NCBI GenBank assembly: GCA_944393725.1
Contig: CALYBC010000025.1
Span: 1,232-65,231, forward strand
Direction: 5' to 3'
Length of the DNA stretch: 64,000 bases
Source of the DNA: an uncultured Alphaproteobacteria bacterium
GTDB taxonomy: Bacteria > Pseudomonadota > Alphaproteobacteria > RF32 > CAG-239
Shown: positions 18,802 through 29,243 of the stretch, piece by piece
Position numbering within the stretch: the stretch's first letter is position 1
Layout of the letters: every line of letters begins with the position of its first letter
Translations under genes and position numbers: made by a program
The notes under the pieces: model-generated
Database searches by the model: none
Told to the model about the DNA's origin: nothing
Seen by the model: the letters and a program-made list of their open reading frames with translations, nothing else

Positions 18802-19773
18802 ATGAACAAAATATCTTTAATCGGTTGTGGCCGTTGGGGAACATTTTTGGGCTGGTATGCAGCCAATTACGGCAAAGCCGAAGAAGTATACATGTATGAT
18901 ATACCCACCTCGCCGAACTTCATCGAACTCAAGACCACCCGCAAAAACTCCTATCTATCATTAAGCGACAATATGTTTTTGTATGACAACTTAAGCAAGA
19001 TACTTGAAAACGACTTTATTATAATTTCCGTCGGATGCCAGCATTTTCGCGGCTTATGCAAAGAGCTAAATTCCTACAACCTCAACGGAAAGACTTTTCT
19101 TTTAGCCATGAAAGGCCTTGAAGAACCCTCCGGTGACCGTATGCTTGAAATTATGAGAGAAGAAATCAAGCAAGATATTCACATTGCTACTCTTGGTGGT
19201 CCGGGTCATGTCCAAGATTATCTCAAAGGGGTTCCTTCGGCGGCCGTTGTTGACAGTGATGAAGAAGCAACCAAAGAATATGTTATCAACCGCATGCAAA
19301 GCCCTTTGATTCGCTTATACTACGGCAATGATTTAATCGGCAACCAGATTGGTGCCGCTCTAAAAAATGTAATTGGGCTTGCAGCCGGCATTTTAGATGG
19401 TTTAGGCTGGTATGGACTTAAAGGAGCCCTAATGGCCAGAGCACCGGTTGAAGTTGGTCGCATGATCAAACACTTTGGCGGCAATCCGATGACCGCCTAC
19501 GGTCTGTCACATCTCGGCGACTACGAAGCGACATTGTTTTCCCAAAACAGCCACAACCGTATGTTTGGCGAAAAATTTGCCAAAGGTGAAGATTTCGGCA
19601 AATTAGCTGAGGGTGTTCCCACCCTGAAAGCTGTTAAGCATTTGTCCGATCAATATAACATTGATATGCCGATTTCGCAGGCTCTATATCAAGCCATTTA
19701 CGAAAAAGGCGATATTAAGACTATAATCAATCAGCTGTTTGAACGTTCACTTAAGCGCGAATTTGAGGACTAG
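18802..19773 (+). CDS. gpsA: NAD(P)H-dependent glycerol-3-phosphate dehydrogenase
   Basis: IGCGRWGT, KGLE, GGPGH, GAALKNVIGLAAG, GLSHLGD, SHNR, AEGVPT. Confidence 0.9.
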   Translation: MNKISLIGCGRWGTFLGWYAANYGKAEEVYMYDIPTSPNFIELKTTRKNSYLSLSDNMFLYDNLSKILENDFIIISVGCQHFRGLCKELNSYNLNGKTFLLAMKGLEEPSGDRMLEIMREEIKQDIHIATLGGPGHVQDYLKGVPSAAVVDSDEEATKEYVINRMQSPLIRLYYGNDLIGNQIGAALKNVIGLAAGILDGLGWYGLKGALMARAPVEVGRMIKHFGGNPMTAYGLSHLGDYEATLFSQNSHNRMFGEKFAKGEDFGKLAEGVPTLKAVKHLSDQYNIDMPISQALYQAIYEKGDIKTIINQLFERSLKREFED

Positions 19774-19787
19774 TTTCCACACCTCAC

Positions 19788-19815
19788 AAGCCCCTGTTAT
19801 TAAGACAGGGGCTTT
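19788..19815. terminator. Terminator between convergent gpsA and autotransporter
   Basis: AAGCCCCTGT-tattaag-ACAGGGGCTTT. Confidence 0.8.
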
Positions 19816-19836
19816 ATTTTGTAGCTTTGTTCCATA

Positions 19837-22800
19837 TTAGAAAGCATAGGTCAAACCGGCCGTAATTGATGCATTTTCATAATCCGAGCCAAAGGTATAA
19901 GAGGTGCTGACATATCCGCTCCACTTATCGCTAAGCTCCATACTTCCTCCCAACTCTACCTTTCCTAATGTCGAGTTCTCAAGCCCTTCTACCTCTTGCA
20001 ATGAGGTTACCTCGACATCTCCGCTGCCAAAGTTCTGGATTACGCTCGGCTTTACATATATCTTCGCATAACCTTCCGGCAACTCAAACTTCTTCTCTAC
20101 CTTTACCCCTACCTCGGTCTCAAGGTTTCTGACATCTTCATACTTGGCTTCTTTGCCGTAATCATCTTTTATCTTATCATAATCTATCTCTGTATATGCT
20201 AACCTTACCATCGGTTCTACCGTCAACCCTTTCTGCGGCATAAAGACATAGCCTGCCTCTATACTGCCTCCATACTCAATCCCATCGGTCTTGGCTCCGA
20301 TTCCATCATCACTGCTGATTTCTACTTCCTGCATTCCCGCATATATACCGCTCATCACATTTATCCGACCTTTGTCATAGCGATGATACAATCCCATTAT
20401 ATAGCTGTCTATCTCCGTCTCACTGCCTACTCTTGAGTAATAGTCTTCTCCTCTTCCGTCAAAATCATACTTACCTTGTCTGTATGATGCAAATACTCCC
20501 AAGCGGTTATATACATCTGACTGGATATCAAAGCCTCCCTCAAAGCCGCTTATCTCCGCTTCATATGCATACGGTGCTTCTACATCACTGTAACTATATA
20601 CCGTCCCCGCCCAGGCTCTCGGCTCTGCTTTCCCGTCATACGCACAGTCATAATATCCTCCGCAAGCTCCGTTATAATACTTGCTCGCCGCTACCTGTGC
20701 TCCTATTCCTCTTAACATATCTCTCGTTTGCTCTATTCCCGCACTAGGCAATCCCATATAGCTTATCGCCTCTCCTACTACACTCGGACGACCGCTGTTA
20801 GACGGGGTAAATACTATTTCCGGTACATCGGGGAAGCTATCCGGCAAATCTACCTCCGGATTGTCAAACTCCTCATTTGCCTCCATGCTGCCAAGGTTCC
20901 CGTTTCCATATCCCGACTGCGAACCGTTTGCTATAATATCATCCGTTGCCGTATACCATGCCCCGTTACTATATAAGCTATTCCAGGTATACGCACTGCC
21001 GTCCATCCTCAATATGTTAAAATATGCTCCGGTTCCCAAATCATCATTCGGCGCTTCTACAAACTTTATCATCTCGCTCGGTCTGACATCTAACCCTACT
21101 AACTTTAATACAACCCCTGTCGTCCCTTCTACATCTCCTTCTATCCTTAACAAGTCTGCAGTATTGTTACTCGGGTTTACATCTATATTCATTTGTGCAT
21201 TATTATATGCTTTATAGTTACCGTATATCGTCGTAATATCGTCCGCATCATCTCCGTCGTGATTAAAATCTAGCGTGCCGTCATTTATTACCGAACCGAC
21301 TATCTGATAATCCGTGGGCGAGTTTCCCGCCAAATTCAATCTCGAACCGTTCTCTATATATAGCTTTTTGTTCGCTCCGCTTAACGCTATATCCCCGTCT
21401 ATCTTTACTTCTGCACTATCTTTTATAAACAACTGATCCCATCCGATTACCGCTTGCGCATTCAACCCTAGCTCATAATATCCTCCGGACAAATTTAACT
21501 TCTTGTCTGCTACATTATTCACCAACGAACTCTCTTCCAACGCATCATTCAATCCGCCGACCAAGGTTAATGAGCCGCTTTCCGTTACTTCGTCCTTAAA
21601 GATATTGCCGTAATCATAACTGCCCCCGAGCTTAGCATCCGCTTCTATTATGATATCTCCGGTTAATACCGCTCCGTTGTCTATATCAAGTATTGCTCCG
21701 CCTTTGGCTAACAGGTTATTTAATTTGGCTTGCATTGCCGCTTGCAGGCTTCCGCCGGAATTTACCGTCGTATCTTCCGCCAAACCTCCCGCCGCTACGC
21801 TCAATACGCCTCCGTCATTAACCTCGGTACGGGATATCTCGCCTCCTTTATTAACCTGTATCTTACCTTCTTTTTCTATTATATTATCTGCTACTCTAAC
21901 TCCGGAGTTTACATTCATCACACCGCCGCTGTGGGTCTTGGTATAATATATTTCTTTCACTCCTTCGTTAAAATGTACATTCGTGCCCGATATATCTATA
22001 CTGCCTATATTGGTGAGAGCATTGTCAAATACTACCTTACCGCTGCTATCCCCGGTTATTGTTAATCCACCACCAACACCGGACATTCCCTCATATGTAA
22101 TCATCATATAATTTCCGTCAGGTTGCTCAATAAAATCTAACCTAACATATCCAAAACCTTGCATTAAACCATAAAGCGAATAATTGTTGCCATCCGTATC
22201 AAGCGTCAAACCGTATTCTTGATATAAAGGTACTAAAGTCATAACGTCATTTTTATCAACAATACTCTGGCCGTTTGGCACATAAAAAATTCCGTTTTTA
22301 TTTTCCAAATGTAGCTTTTCTCCATCAGGAGATGTTAATATATATCCTCCGTTACCATCATCTTCAATTTGCACCCCCATACCTTCCATCTCTGATAACA
22401 TTTCATCAAATTCTGAAAAAGACGATATTTTATCATCAAACTTTATTACTCCATTATTTATAGCTTTTAACGCCAAATCTTTTTCAAAAAATATAGCTGA
22501 AGAATCCTCTACTCCATCCTTTATAATCTTATTGCCGGAAAATATCGATTCTCCATTATCAGCTTCTAATGCAATACTGCTAGTGCTATAAATTGCTCCA
22601 CCTAAAGCCTTTGCATCATTATTGTTTGTCATAACGTAATTATTATAAAAACTGCTATTAACTAATTTTAAGTACGCTCTATCATTATAGATTGCACCTC
22701 CGTAAGCAGAACCATTTTCGCTTATGGCATAATTATCTCTAAAGACACCACTAAAACTATCAATATTTCTATAAAGTTCTTCATCATGATGATTATAAAC

Positions 22801-24324
22801 CGCACCACCTGATGCTGCACCATCTTGGGAAATAACTCCATTATTTATAAAATCTGCATTAATCCCTTTTATATAGTTATTATTGATAATTGCACCTCCA
22901 TAAGCAGATCTTCCTTGAGCCAAATTACCCTCAAAAGAACCTTCTATAACACCAATTTCTCCACCATTGGAAATAGCACCGCCATAAGCACCACTGTTTT
23001 CGGCCAAAGCTTTATTGTTTTCAAAATCGGCATCTATATTGCCAATAGATGCATGTATCAAATCGTTATCGACAATATTTATATTATTGTAGATAGCACC
23101 TCCATAAGCACCACCTGATTCAGATAGAGCATAGTTATTCCGAAACTCTCCTTTTATATCTCCTACCGAAGCACTAGACAGATAAAAAAGTTCCTGATTA
23201 TTGTTATAATTAAATATTGCTCCTCCATAAGCACTACCGCTGGTAGCCTCTGCAAAATTACCATCAAAAACACCTTCGATTCCATCTATCTTTGCCACAT
23301 CTGTTCCCATGTTTTCATTGGCTATTGCACCACCATATGCATTGGTACCTTTAGCATAATTTTCTACAAATTCTCCGGTTATTTTTCCCATAAAAGATGA
23401 CAAATACTCACCAATAACATCAACACCGTTATAAATAGCCCCTCCTTTAGATTCGTAAGCTCCTTTTACCGCATTATTCGTAAAGCTTGCATTTATAGGA
23501 CCAACAGAAGAATAAGTGCCGGTATTACTATTGTTGTAGTGACCGTTATAAATAGCACCTCCATAAGCAACATTTACAGCTTGTGCATAATTATTTGCAA
23601 AATCTCCAGCAATAGCACCTATTTCTGAATAATTATTATAAATGACCCCACCGATAGACACATTATCAGATTGAACATAATTACCATCAAAGCTTCCATT
23701 AATATTTCCTATTGATGCCTCGTCATAGTTATAAATAACTCCACCATATGAATTTGCAGAAGAGTAACTTATCGAATAATTATTATTGAAATTGCCACTA
23801 ATATCACCTATCTTGCCCCTACTTGCATTGTGAATTACAGCACCTTTTGCATCATTATACCCCATATCCCAATTATCACCAAGGATACCATTATTTGAAA
23901 AATCTCCTGAAATATTACCTATACTATTACCACCCCAATTATAAAATATACCTGCACCCTCAAACACATTATCATGAGAAAACCCATCTAACTTCACATT
24001 CCTTATTATCAGATCGGTCTTTCCAGAATTGTAAATAAATTGTCCTTCCATTGTACCATTTTGACCAGTAATGGTATATCCACCGCCATCTATTACCATG
24101 CCGGTGTTTGCCACTTTGGTTATTGGATTATCCACGTCTGCTGTTATATCTTTGGTTAGGACAATAATCGTATCCGCGGCTCCGGTTTCAACCGCGTTCT
24201 TAAGCTCACTCCACGAACTTACTTCCACTCTTGTTTTGTTTGTTTCATCATCACCGGCCCATACCGGACTGCTCATCACCAAAAAAGCCGAAATTATCGC
24301 CAAATAACTTATATTCTTAGTCAT
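19837..24324 (-). CDS. Large autotransporter adhesin with Pmp-like GGAI/FxxN repeats and AIDA-like repeats
   Basis: Signal peptide from ATG 24324 (GAGGGG RBS); ~12 repeats of F..N.A...YGGAIYN; TEVNDGG/TTVNSGG repeats; C-terminal beta-barrel ending LTYAF. Confidence 0.9.
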   Translation of the reverse strand: MTKNISYLAIISAFLVMSSPVWAGDDETNKTRVEVSSWSELKNAVETGAADTIIVLTKDITADVDNPITKVANTGMVIDGGGYTITGQNGTMEGQFIYNSGKTDLIIRNVKLDGFSHDNVFEGAGIFYNWGGNSIGNISGDFSNNGILGDNWDMGYNDAKGAVIHNASRGKIGDISGNFNNNYSISYSSANSYGGVIYNYDEASIGNINGSFDGNYVQSDNVSIGGVIYNNYSEIGAIAGDFANNYAQAVNVAYGGAIYNGHYNNSNTGTYSSVGPINASFTNNAVKGAYESKGGAIYNGVDVIGEYLSSFMGKITGEFVENYAKGTNAYGGAIANENMGTDVAKIDGIEGVFDGNFAEATSGSAYGGAIFNYNNNQELFYLSSASVGDIKGEFRNNYALSESGGAYGGAIYNNINIVDNDLIHASIGNIDADFENNKALAENSGAYGGAISNGGEIGVIEGSFEGNLAQGRSAYGGAIINNNYIKGINADFINNGVISQDGAASGGAVYNHHDEELYRNIDSFSGVFRDNYAISENGSAYGGAIYNDRAYLKLVNSSFYNNYVMTNNNDAKALGGAIYSTSSIALEADNGESIFSGNKIIKDGVEDSSAIFFEKDLALKAINNGVIKFDDKISSFSEFDEMLSEMEGMGVQIEDDGNGGYILTSPDGEKLHLENKNGIFYVPNGQSIVDKNDVMTLVPLYQEYGLTLDTDGNNYSLYGLMQGFGYVRLDFIEQPDGNYMMITYEGMSGVGGGLTITGDSSGKVVFDNALTNIGSIDISGTNVHFNEGVKEIYYTKTHSGGVMNVNSGVRVADNIIEKEGKIQVNKGGEISRTEVNDGGVLSVAAGGLAEDTTVNSGGSLQAAMQAKLNNLLAKGGAILDIDNGAVLTGDIIIEADAKLGGSYDYGNIFKDEVTESGSLTLVGGLNDALEESSLVNNVADKKLNLSGGYYELGLNAQAVIGWDQLFIKDSAEVKIDGDIALSGANKKLYIENGSRLNLAGNSPTDYQIVGSVINDGTLDFNHDGDDADDITTIYGNYKAYNNAQMNIDVNPSNNTADLLRIEGDVEGTTGVVLKLVGLDVRPSEMIKFVEAPNDDLGTGAYFNILRMDGSAYTWNSLYSNGAWYTATDDIIANGSQSGYGNGNLGSMEANEEFDNPEVDLPDSFPDVPEIVFTPSNSGRPSVVGEAISYMGLPSAGIEQTRDMLRGIGAQVAASKYYNGACGGYYDCAYDGKAEPRAWAGTVYSYSDVEAPYAYEAEISGFEGGFDIQSDVYNRLGVFASYRQGKYDFDGRGEDYYSRVGSETEIDSYIMGLYHRYDKGRINVMSGIYAGMQEVEISSDDGIGAKTDGIEYGGSIEAGYVFMPQKGLTVEPMVRLAYTEIDYDKIKDDYGKEAKYEDVRNLETEVGVKVEKKFELPEGYAKIYVKPSVIQNFGSGDVEVTSLQEVEGLENSTLGKVELGGSMELSDKWSGYVSTSYTFGSDYENASITAGLTYAF

Positions 24325-24464
24325 AGTCCGCCCCCTCATCCTGAGAAACCCTTCATTGTCCATGATACCACTTTTTCTGCACCAAAACAACATCATCTTT
24401 CTCGAAAACAAACTTTTTATTTATAAATCAATCTCTTATAAATATACCACAAAACCCCAAAGCA

Positions 24465-24516
24465 GAATCGCTTCTTATCTGCCTCGTTTTCTCGATTCTA
24501 TTTAACAAAAGGTTAA
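24465..24516. promoter_or_regulatory. GANTC pair plus CtrA-type box upstream of autotransporter 1
   Basis: GAATC 24465, GATTC 24494 (AGAATCG...CGATTCT inverted), TTAA-caaaagg-TTAA 24502-24516. Confidence 0.55.
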
Positions 24517-24562
24517 TTTTTTCTTAGCTTAGATAAATTTTTTTGCAAACTCTAAACAACAA

Positions 24563-24751
24563 TCAATCTTGTTCTTTGCCGTCAGTTTTTAGTTTTTCAA
24601 GCTCGGCCCAATCTTCTTCATCAATTTCCGTTGCTTCAAACTTATATTTTTCGTTAAACCAATTTCCCAAATCAATATCGGCACATCTTTTTGAGCAAAA
24701 AGGACGATATTTCATATCTTCCACTTCTTTTTTACAAATCGGACACTTCAT
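24563..24751 (-). CDS. yacG: DNA gyrase inhibitor YacG
   Basis: [26 protein letters not shown]. Confidence 0.93.
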   Translation of the reverse strand: MKCPICKKEVEDMKYRPFCSKRCADIDLGNWFNEKYKFEATEIDEEDWAELEKLKTDGKEQD

Positions 24752-25902
24752 TTTTCCACTCTCCCCGTTCCTCTGCAAGATGCACATTCTTCGGTAAACA
24801 AATCTGCCAAAGTCGGCCTTCTTCTTGACCTTATTATTTCAACATTTCCGGCTCTGGTTAAGCCCAAAACGGTTGCTTTCATCGGATCATCAGCCAAGCC
24901 GTTATTCAAAGTATCAATAATGTTTCGCAAATACTTAAAATCGGTAATTCCGGCAAAGTCTATAACTATTTTACCCGACAAATTTCTCAAAACAATCTGC
25001 CTGGCAATTTCTTCTGCCGCTTCTTTGTTCAAGAGTCCGACATTTCCTTGCAAACAACCGTCACCACTGTCAACATCTATGGCAACAAATGCCTTAGTTT
25101 CTTCTATAATAACTCTGCCGCCGCATTTAAGCTTTACAACTTTTGCCAAAGCTTCCCCGATCATTTCATCAATTCCGGCATTTGCAAAGGCTTTTGCGTC
25201 ATACTCAACATTAACTTTTTCTTTGAGCTCATCCTCAAGCAAATGAGAATTAACTACCACTGTTTGCAAAAAGCTTATATTACGATTAATCATCTCAGTC
25301 AAAGCATTATCACGGCAAAACAATTTTTCGGGAGCTTTTGCACTCTTTGCTTTATTTATAACATCTGCAAAAGCACTTTCTAACACTTTGCTTTCGCCAA
25401 GAATTTTATCAAAATCGACATCTGCCGCCTCAGTTCTTACAATCCAACCACCTTCTGCCAAATTATCCGAAGCCCAATCAAACAGTTTTTCTCTTTTTTC
25501 TTCATCGGTAATTTTGCTCGAGATTTGAATCTCGCAACCATACGGACAAAAAACCACATACTGCCCTACCAACTGCAAAAATCTCGATAATTTAGCCCCT
25601 TTTTCGGCTCTTTTTTCTTGTACTACCTGCACGATAATATCTTGACCTTCATTGGCATGCAAATCTTCCAGCTCTCTTTCTGAGGCATTGATAAACGCTT
25701 CTTTTTCGTCACCTATATTAACAAAATAACCTTCGTGATTATTGGCTGTTTTTATTTTTTTTACTATCTTACCGACAAAAATATCCCCCTCACCGGCGTT
25801 GTTTTTATCACTAACCACAAGCTCTGCCAATTTTCCGTTACATAATCCGGCAATTTTCTTAACCGAACCTTTTTCTTCGACTACAATCTTATCAATCATC
25901 AT
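24748..25902 (-). CDS. rng: Ribonuclease E/G family protein (RNase G-like)
   Basis: S1 region, [32 protein letters not shown]-terminal CASCRGTG; maf-rng-yacG synteny. Confidence 0.85.
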   Translation of the reverse strand: MMIDKIVVEEKGSVKKIAGLCNGKLAELVVSDKNNAGEGDIFVGKIVKKIKTANNHEGYFVNIGDEKEAFINASERELEDLHANEGQDIIVQVVQEKRAEKGAKLSRFLQLVGQYVVFCPYGCEIQISSKITDEEKREKLFDWASDNLAEGGWIVRTEAADVDFDKILGESKVLESAFADVINKAKSAKAPEKLFCRDNALTEMINRNISFLQTVVVNSHLLEDELKEKVNVEYDAKAFANAGIDEMIGEALAKVVKLKCGGRVIIEETKAFVAIDVDSGDGCLQGNVGLLNKEAAEEIARQIVLRNLSGKIVIDFAGITDFKYLRNIIDTLNNGLADDPMKATVLGLTRAGNVEIIRSRRRPTLADLFTEECASCRGTGRVEK

Positions 25903-26468
25903 TAATTTACTCCGGCTCCATTTAGCAAAGCTTTAGCCTCATACAGCGGTAATCCAACAACTCCGCTGTAAGACCCGTTCATATTCAACACCAAAGCGGC
26001 CAAGCAACCTTCAATTTTGTATCCGGCACAACCGACCCACTCTTTTGACGCAACATAATCATTAATCTCTTTTTCTGACATATGTTTCATTTTTATTTTG
26101 GTGGTATTTAATCTGATAGCTGCCTTTTTATTTTTATCAACCACGCAAACGGCTGTCAAAACTCTGTGGCTTTTACCGGAAAGCATGCGCATAACGGCTA
26201 TCTGCTCTGCATCATTTTTGGACTTTTGAATAATTTTATTGTTGCACACCACTACCGTATCAGAGGCTAAGACTGTTTCACCGCTGTTTTTTTCTGCCAC
26301 TGCCACGGCTTTTTCTTTAGCCATTCTTTTAACATATTGACTTGCTTTTTCACCCCTTTTTGGTGTTTCATCAATATCGGCTGGCTCAATTTTTTTAGGT
26401 TCAAAACCTATTTGCTTGAGCAAAGCTATCCTTTGTGGCGATTGTGATGCCAAAATAAAATCTTTCAT
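25902..26468 (-). CDS. maf: Maf family nucleotide pyrophosphatase
   Basis: ILASQSPQR, IDETP, LASDTVV, GSYSGVVGLP. Confidence 0.93.
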   Translation of the reverse strand: MKDFILASQSPQRIALLKQIGFEPKKIEPADIDETPKRGEKASQYVKRMAKEKAVAVAEKNSGETVLASDTVVVCNNKIIQKSKNDAEQIAVMRMLSGKSHRVLTAVCVVDKNKKAAIRLNTTKIKMKHMSEKEINDYVASKEWVGCAGYKIEGCLAALVLNMNGSYSGVVGLPLYEAKALLNGAGVN

Positions 26469-26498
26469 AAATTAAATCCCATTTATTTAAAAACAAAA

Positions 26499-26526
26499 AG
26501 GGTTTTTAGCAAAAACTAAAAACCCT
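26499..26526 (-). terminator. Terminator after dksA
   Basis: AGGGTTTTTAG-caaaaa-CTAAAAACCCT with T tract on minus strand. Confidence 0.7.
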
Positions 26527-26541
26527 CAACTCTAACCAAAA

Positions 26542-26967
26542 CTATACTTCGTCGTCGTAAGTTTTTTCCATTCTTTCGTGACGTTCTTGAGCTTCGATAG
26601 ACAATGTTGCAACAGGTCTTACCTCAAGCCTGTCAAGACCTATCGGATCACCGGTTTCTTCGCAATAACCGTAAGTTCCATCTTCAATTCTTTTTAAAGC
26701 CTCATCAATTTTAGCAATCAACTTTCTGGCTCTGTCACGTGTTCTCAATTCCAAAGCCTTATCGGATTCTAAAGAGGCTCTGTCAATCTGATCTGGCTGA
26801 TTGAGACCTCCTTGTTTCAAATCATCTAATGTATCCATAGATTGACCAATTAAAGATTTTTTCCAATCCAACAACTTCTGTCTGAAATACTCCAGTTGCA
26901 TTTCATTCATATATTCTTCATTTTCCGAAGGTTTGTAATCCGGCGGCAAAGAAACAGCACTGTCCAT
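26542..26967 (-). CDS. dksA: RNA polymerase-binding factor DksA (one-Cys alphaproteobacterial type)
   Basis: YMNEMQLEYFRQKL, DQIDRAS coiled-coil tip, GTYGYCEETG..RPVATLSIEAQERHE. Confidence 0.95.
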   Translation of the reverse strand: MDSAVSLPPDYKPSENEEYMNEMQLEYFRQKLLDWKKSLIGQSMDTLDDLKQGGLNQPDQIDRASLESDKALELRTRDRARKLIAKIDEALKRIEDGTYGYCEETGDPIGLDRLEVRPVATLSIEAQERHERMEKTYDDEV

Positions 26968-27066
26968 TATTCCAACTCCTTAAAAAACAATTATAAAAAT
27001 TTTTACTCAAGATATAATAAACAAATAAAAATTCAAGTAAAATTATCGCTTTTTCCTTTGTAAATT

Positions 27067-27489
27067 CTACCTTGTAAGTTTTGCTAATTCAACCTCAACT
27101 CTTAATTCAATTTCTTGAATTATCTCTTGTAACTTAGGATCATTGGTTTCAATATCTTTTTGCTTAACCATCCGCGATATGTTAATCAATTTATCTTTAT
27201 CTATTTCACCGACTAATAAAGATTGTCTTATATCTTCCAGACTATCCAACAACTCGTTACCTTTTTTAAACAACTTATTTCTTTTTTGTCTTTCTTCCTC
27301 ATCATTTACCATTTGTGCTGCAAAAATAGCATCAGCCGAGGTCATTGCAGCAGTATGTTGCAAATTATCGGTTTGCGAAGTGCTTCCGGTTTTAAGATAA
27401 TCGGCAAAACTTTCACCTGAGTAAGATTTTTTTATACTGCTGCTTTTCGACAGTTCGGTTGTTTTTCCGAGATCATCTATTTTTATCAA
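27067..27489 (-). CDS. fliX: FliX-like flagellar assembly regulator
   Basis: GNELLDSLEDIRQSLLVG, DPKLQEIIQEIELRVEVELAKL; upstream of dksA; TTG start with AGGAG. Confidence 0.8.
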   Translation of the reverse strand: MIKIDDLGKTTELSKSSSIKKSYSGESFADYLKTGSTSQTDNLQHTAAMTSADAIFAAQMVNDEEERQKRNKLFKKGNELLDSLEDIRQSLLVGEIDKDKLINISRMVKQKDIETNDPKLQEIIQEIELRVEVELAKLTR

Positions 27490-27501
27490 AATACATTACT
27501 C

Positions 27502-28107
27502 CTAATAAAAAACATATTGTATGGTATTGTCATATTCTTTACTACACAACTCCATTGCCACACTGGTAGAAACAGGAAAAGTATATTTTTCATTTGTTGC
27601 ATTTTTTAATTGCCATACCGTTTTGCTGTTATCACTATTTACAACCATTGCATAAACAACCGATCTTTGTCCTTTATCCCAATTAATCTGTACGGCATTA
27701 ACACAAGTTTTTCTGCTTAAACCGGTAAAAACAATTTCATATTTATCATCTTGATCGCTAACATCATCATTATATACTTTTACCGAAACCTCACCACCGC
27801 TCCTGCTTTTTAACTTACCTCGGACACACATCTGAAAAGGTGCAATTTTATTATTGCATAAATAGGATGCAGCACTATTTTCATCACTACCCAATGCGCT
27901 ATAATTACCGTCAAACCTATAAATATCCGAGATAGCTTTTTGCAAATCTCTCACCTCACCTGCCACCATATTTTGCGTAAACACCGCATATATGCTGTTT
28001 ATTAATGAAATCACTGATACACCAAGCATAATAGCAATAGCAATAACGGCAATAGCCTCAATCATTGTTGCACCGGACTGATTTATTTTATTTATGCCCG
28101 ACATCAT
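27502..28107 (-). CDS. Type IV pilin-like protein (PilS/type IVb-like)
   Basis: Prepilin cleavage motif NQSG|ATMIEAIAVIAI; FTGLSRKTC; C-terminal Cys; start 28107 with AGAGGA. Confidence 0.8.
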   Translation of the reverse strand: MMSGINKINQSGATMIEAIAVIAIAIMLGVSVISLINSIYAVFTQNMVAGEVRDLQKAISDIYRFDGNYSALGSDENSAASYLCNNKIAPFQMCVRGKLKSRSGGEVSVKVYNDDVSDQDDKYEIVFTGLSRKTCVNAVQINWDKGQRSVVYAMVVNSDNSKTVWQLKNATNEKYTFPVSTSVAMELCSKEYDNTIQYVFY

Positions 28108-28231
28108 AACTCCTCTGCCACACTCTTTTAATAAAAACAACAAATACATTGTTTTTTATTTTACTTTTTCCAATATATTATATATATAATATTGCCAAAG
28201 GCAAACATATCTTTTTTACCTGGAGATTAAA

Positions 28232-28765
28232 ATGAAGAAATTTTTTACATTTTTTAGTTTATTTACAATCGCTACCCTTTCTCAAGAAGTTTCTGCACTG
28301 GAATACAGACCGTATTTTGGTATTGGTTATGCTGCTGACCATATTAATTACAAAGCAACACCTACCAATATCAACATGAATTCTTACACTGCTTTTATCG
28401 GAAGTGAATACAACAAATATTTCGGCACCGAAGTATTTTATCAACAAAGCACAACCTGGAATAAAGTTATTAAAGGCAACAAGATAAGCAGTGATTTCTA
28501 CGCCTATGGACTTGACACTTATACATATCTCCCTCTTGGTTGTGAGCAAAGAATAGCTCCTTTTGCCACATTAGGTGTTTCTGGATATGAATTTGGCAAA
28601 GATAACAAAGATTGGGGATTGGGATACCGCATGGGCGGCGGTTTACAATATAAGATTACTGACAATATTGCCATCAGAGCTCTAGGCCGTTATATTCTGA
28701 CAGACAAGCTAGATAATATTGATCATATATCAGAATTTTCGATTAATTTAAAATATGTTTTTTAA
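28232..28765 (+). CDS. Small outer-membrane beta-barrel (OmpA/Opa-like)
   Basis: Signal peptide, RPYFGIGY, NKYFGTEVFY, GGGLQYKITDNIAIRA, terminal KYVF. Confidence 0.8.
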   Translation: MKKFFTFFSLFTIATLSQEVSALEYRPYFGIGYAADHINYKATPTNINMNSYTAFIGSEYNKYFGTEVFYQQSTTWNKVIKGNKISSDFYAYGLDTYTYLPLGCEQRIAPFATLGVSGYEFGKDNKDWGLGYRMGGGLQYKITDNIAIRALGRYILTDKLDNIDHISEFSINLKYVF

Positions 28766-28775
28766 GGAATAAAAA

Positions 28776-29243
28776 ATGAAAAAATTTCTTCTCGCCTTTT
28801 TACTGATAACACTGGTTGCTTGCTCAAAAGAAGACACCACCGCCGAAAAGACAGCTCAAGCCAATCAGACATTAGATAAAGAAACGGTTTTTTCTTTTTC
28901 TTCAGACGATTTAACCGCAGGCTGCAATAATTCTTCAGAAATTATATGCACCATAAATTTAGCTGTTAAGTGCACTATTAATCCCAACCTGGATGAGTGT
29001 AGCGAAAACAAAGAAATATTACCGTCATTCATATTTATGCAAGATGAATCTTTACAAAGACCAACATTCCAATCATATCAGATTACAAAATTAAAACCAC
29101 GCGAAGACGGTGCCGTAGAAGTATATACTCAAAGTTCATGTAATGGCAATTGGTTTGGCCTATGTAACGGTAATATAATCTATGTTATGAAAAACTACGA
29201 TTCCAAATGGCAAATAGTTGATATGTACGCCGTAGAATTTTAA
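28776..29243 (+). CDS. Cys-rich hypothetical lipoprotein
   Basis: Lipobox LVAC; six further Cys. Confidence 0.7.
   Translation: MKKFLLAFLLITLVACSKEDTTAEKTAQANQTLDKETVFSFSSDDLTAGCNNSSEIICTINLAVKCTINPNLDECSENKEILPSFIFMQDESLQRPTFQSYQITKLKPREDGAVEVYTQSSCNGNWFGLCNGNIIYVMKNYDSKWQIVDMYAVEF

Noticed and set aside
22600-23950. Repeats in autotransporter 1 as DGR template/variable repeats or CRISPR
   Set aside because: Repeats are degenerate at protein level, no adenine-specific near-identical pair was seen, and no reverse transcriptase is present.
26542-26967. DksA lacking the four-Cys zinc finger
   Set aside because: One-Cys DksA is the normal alphaproteobacterial form.
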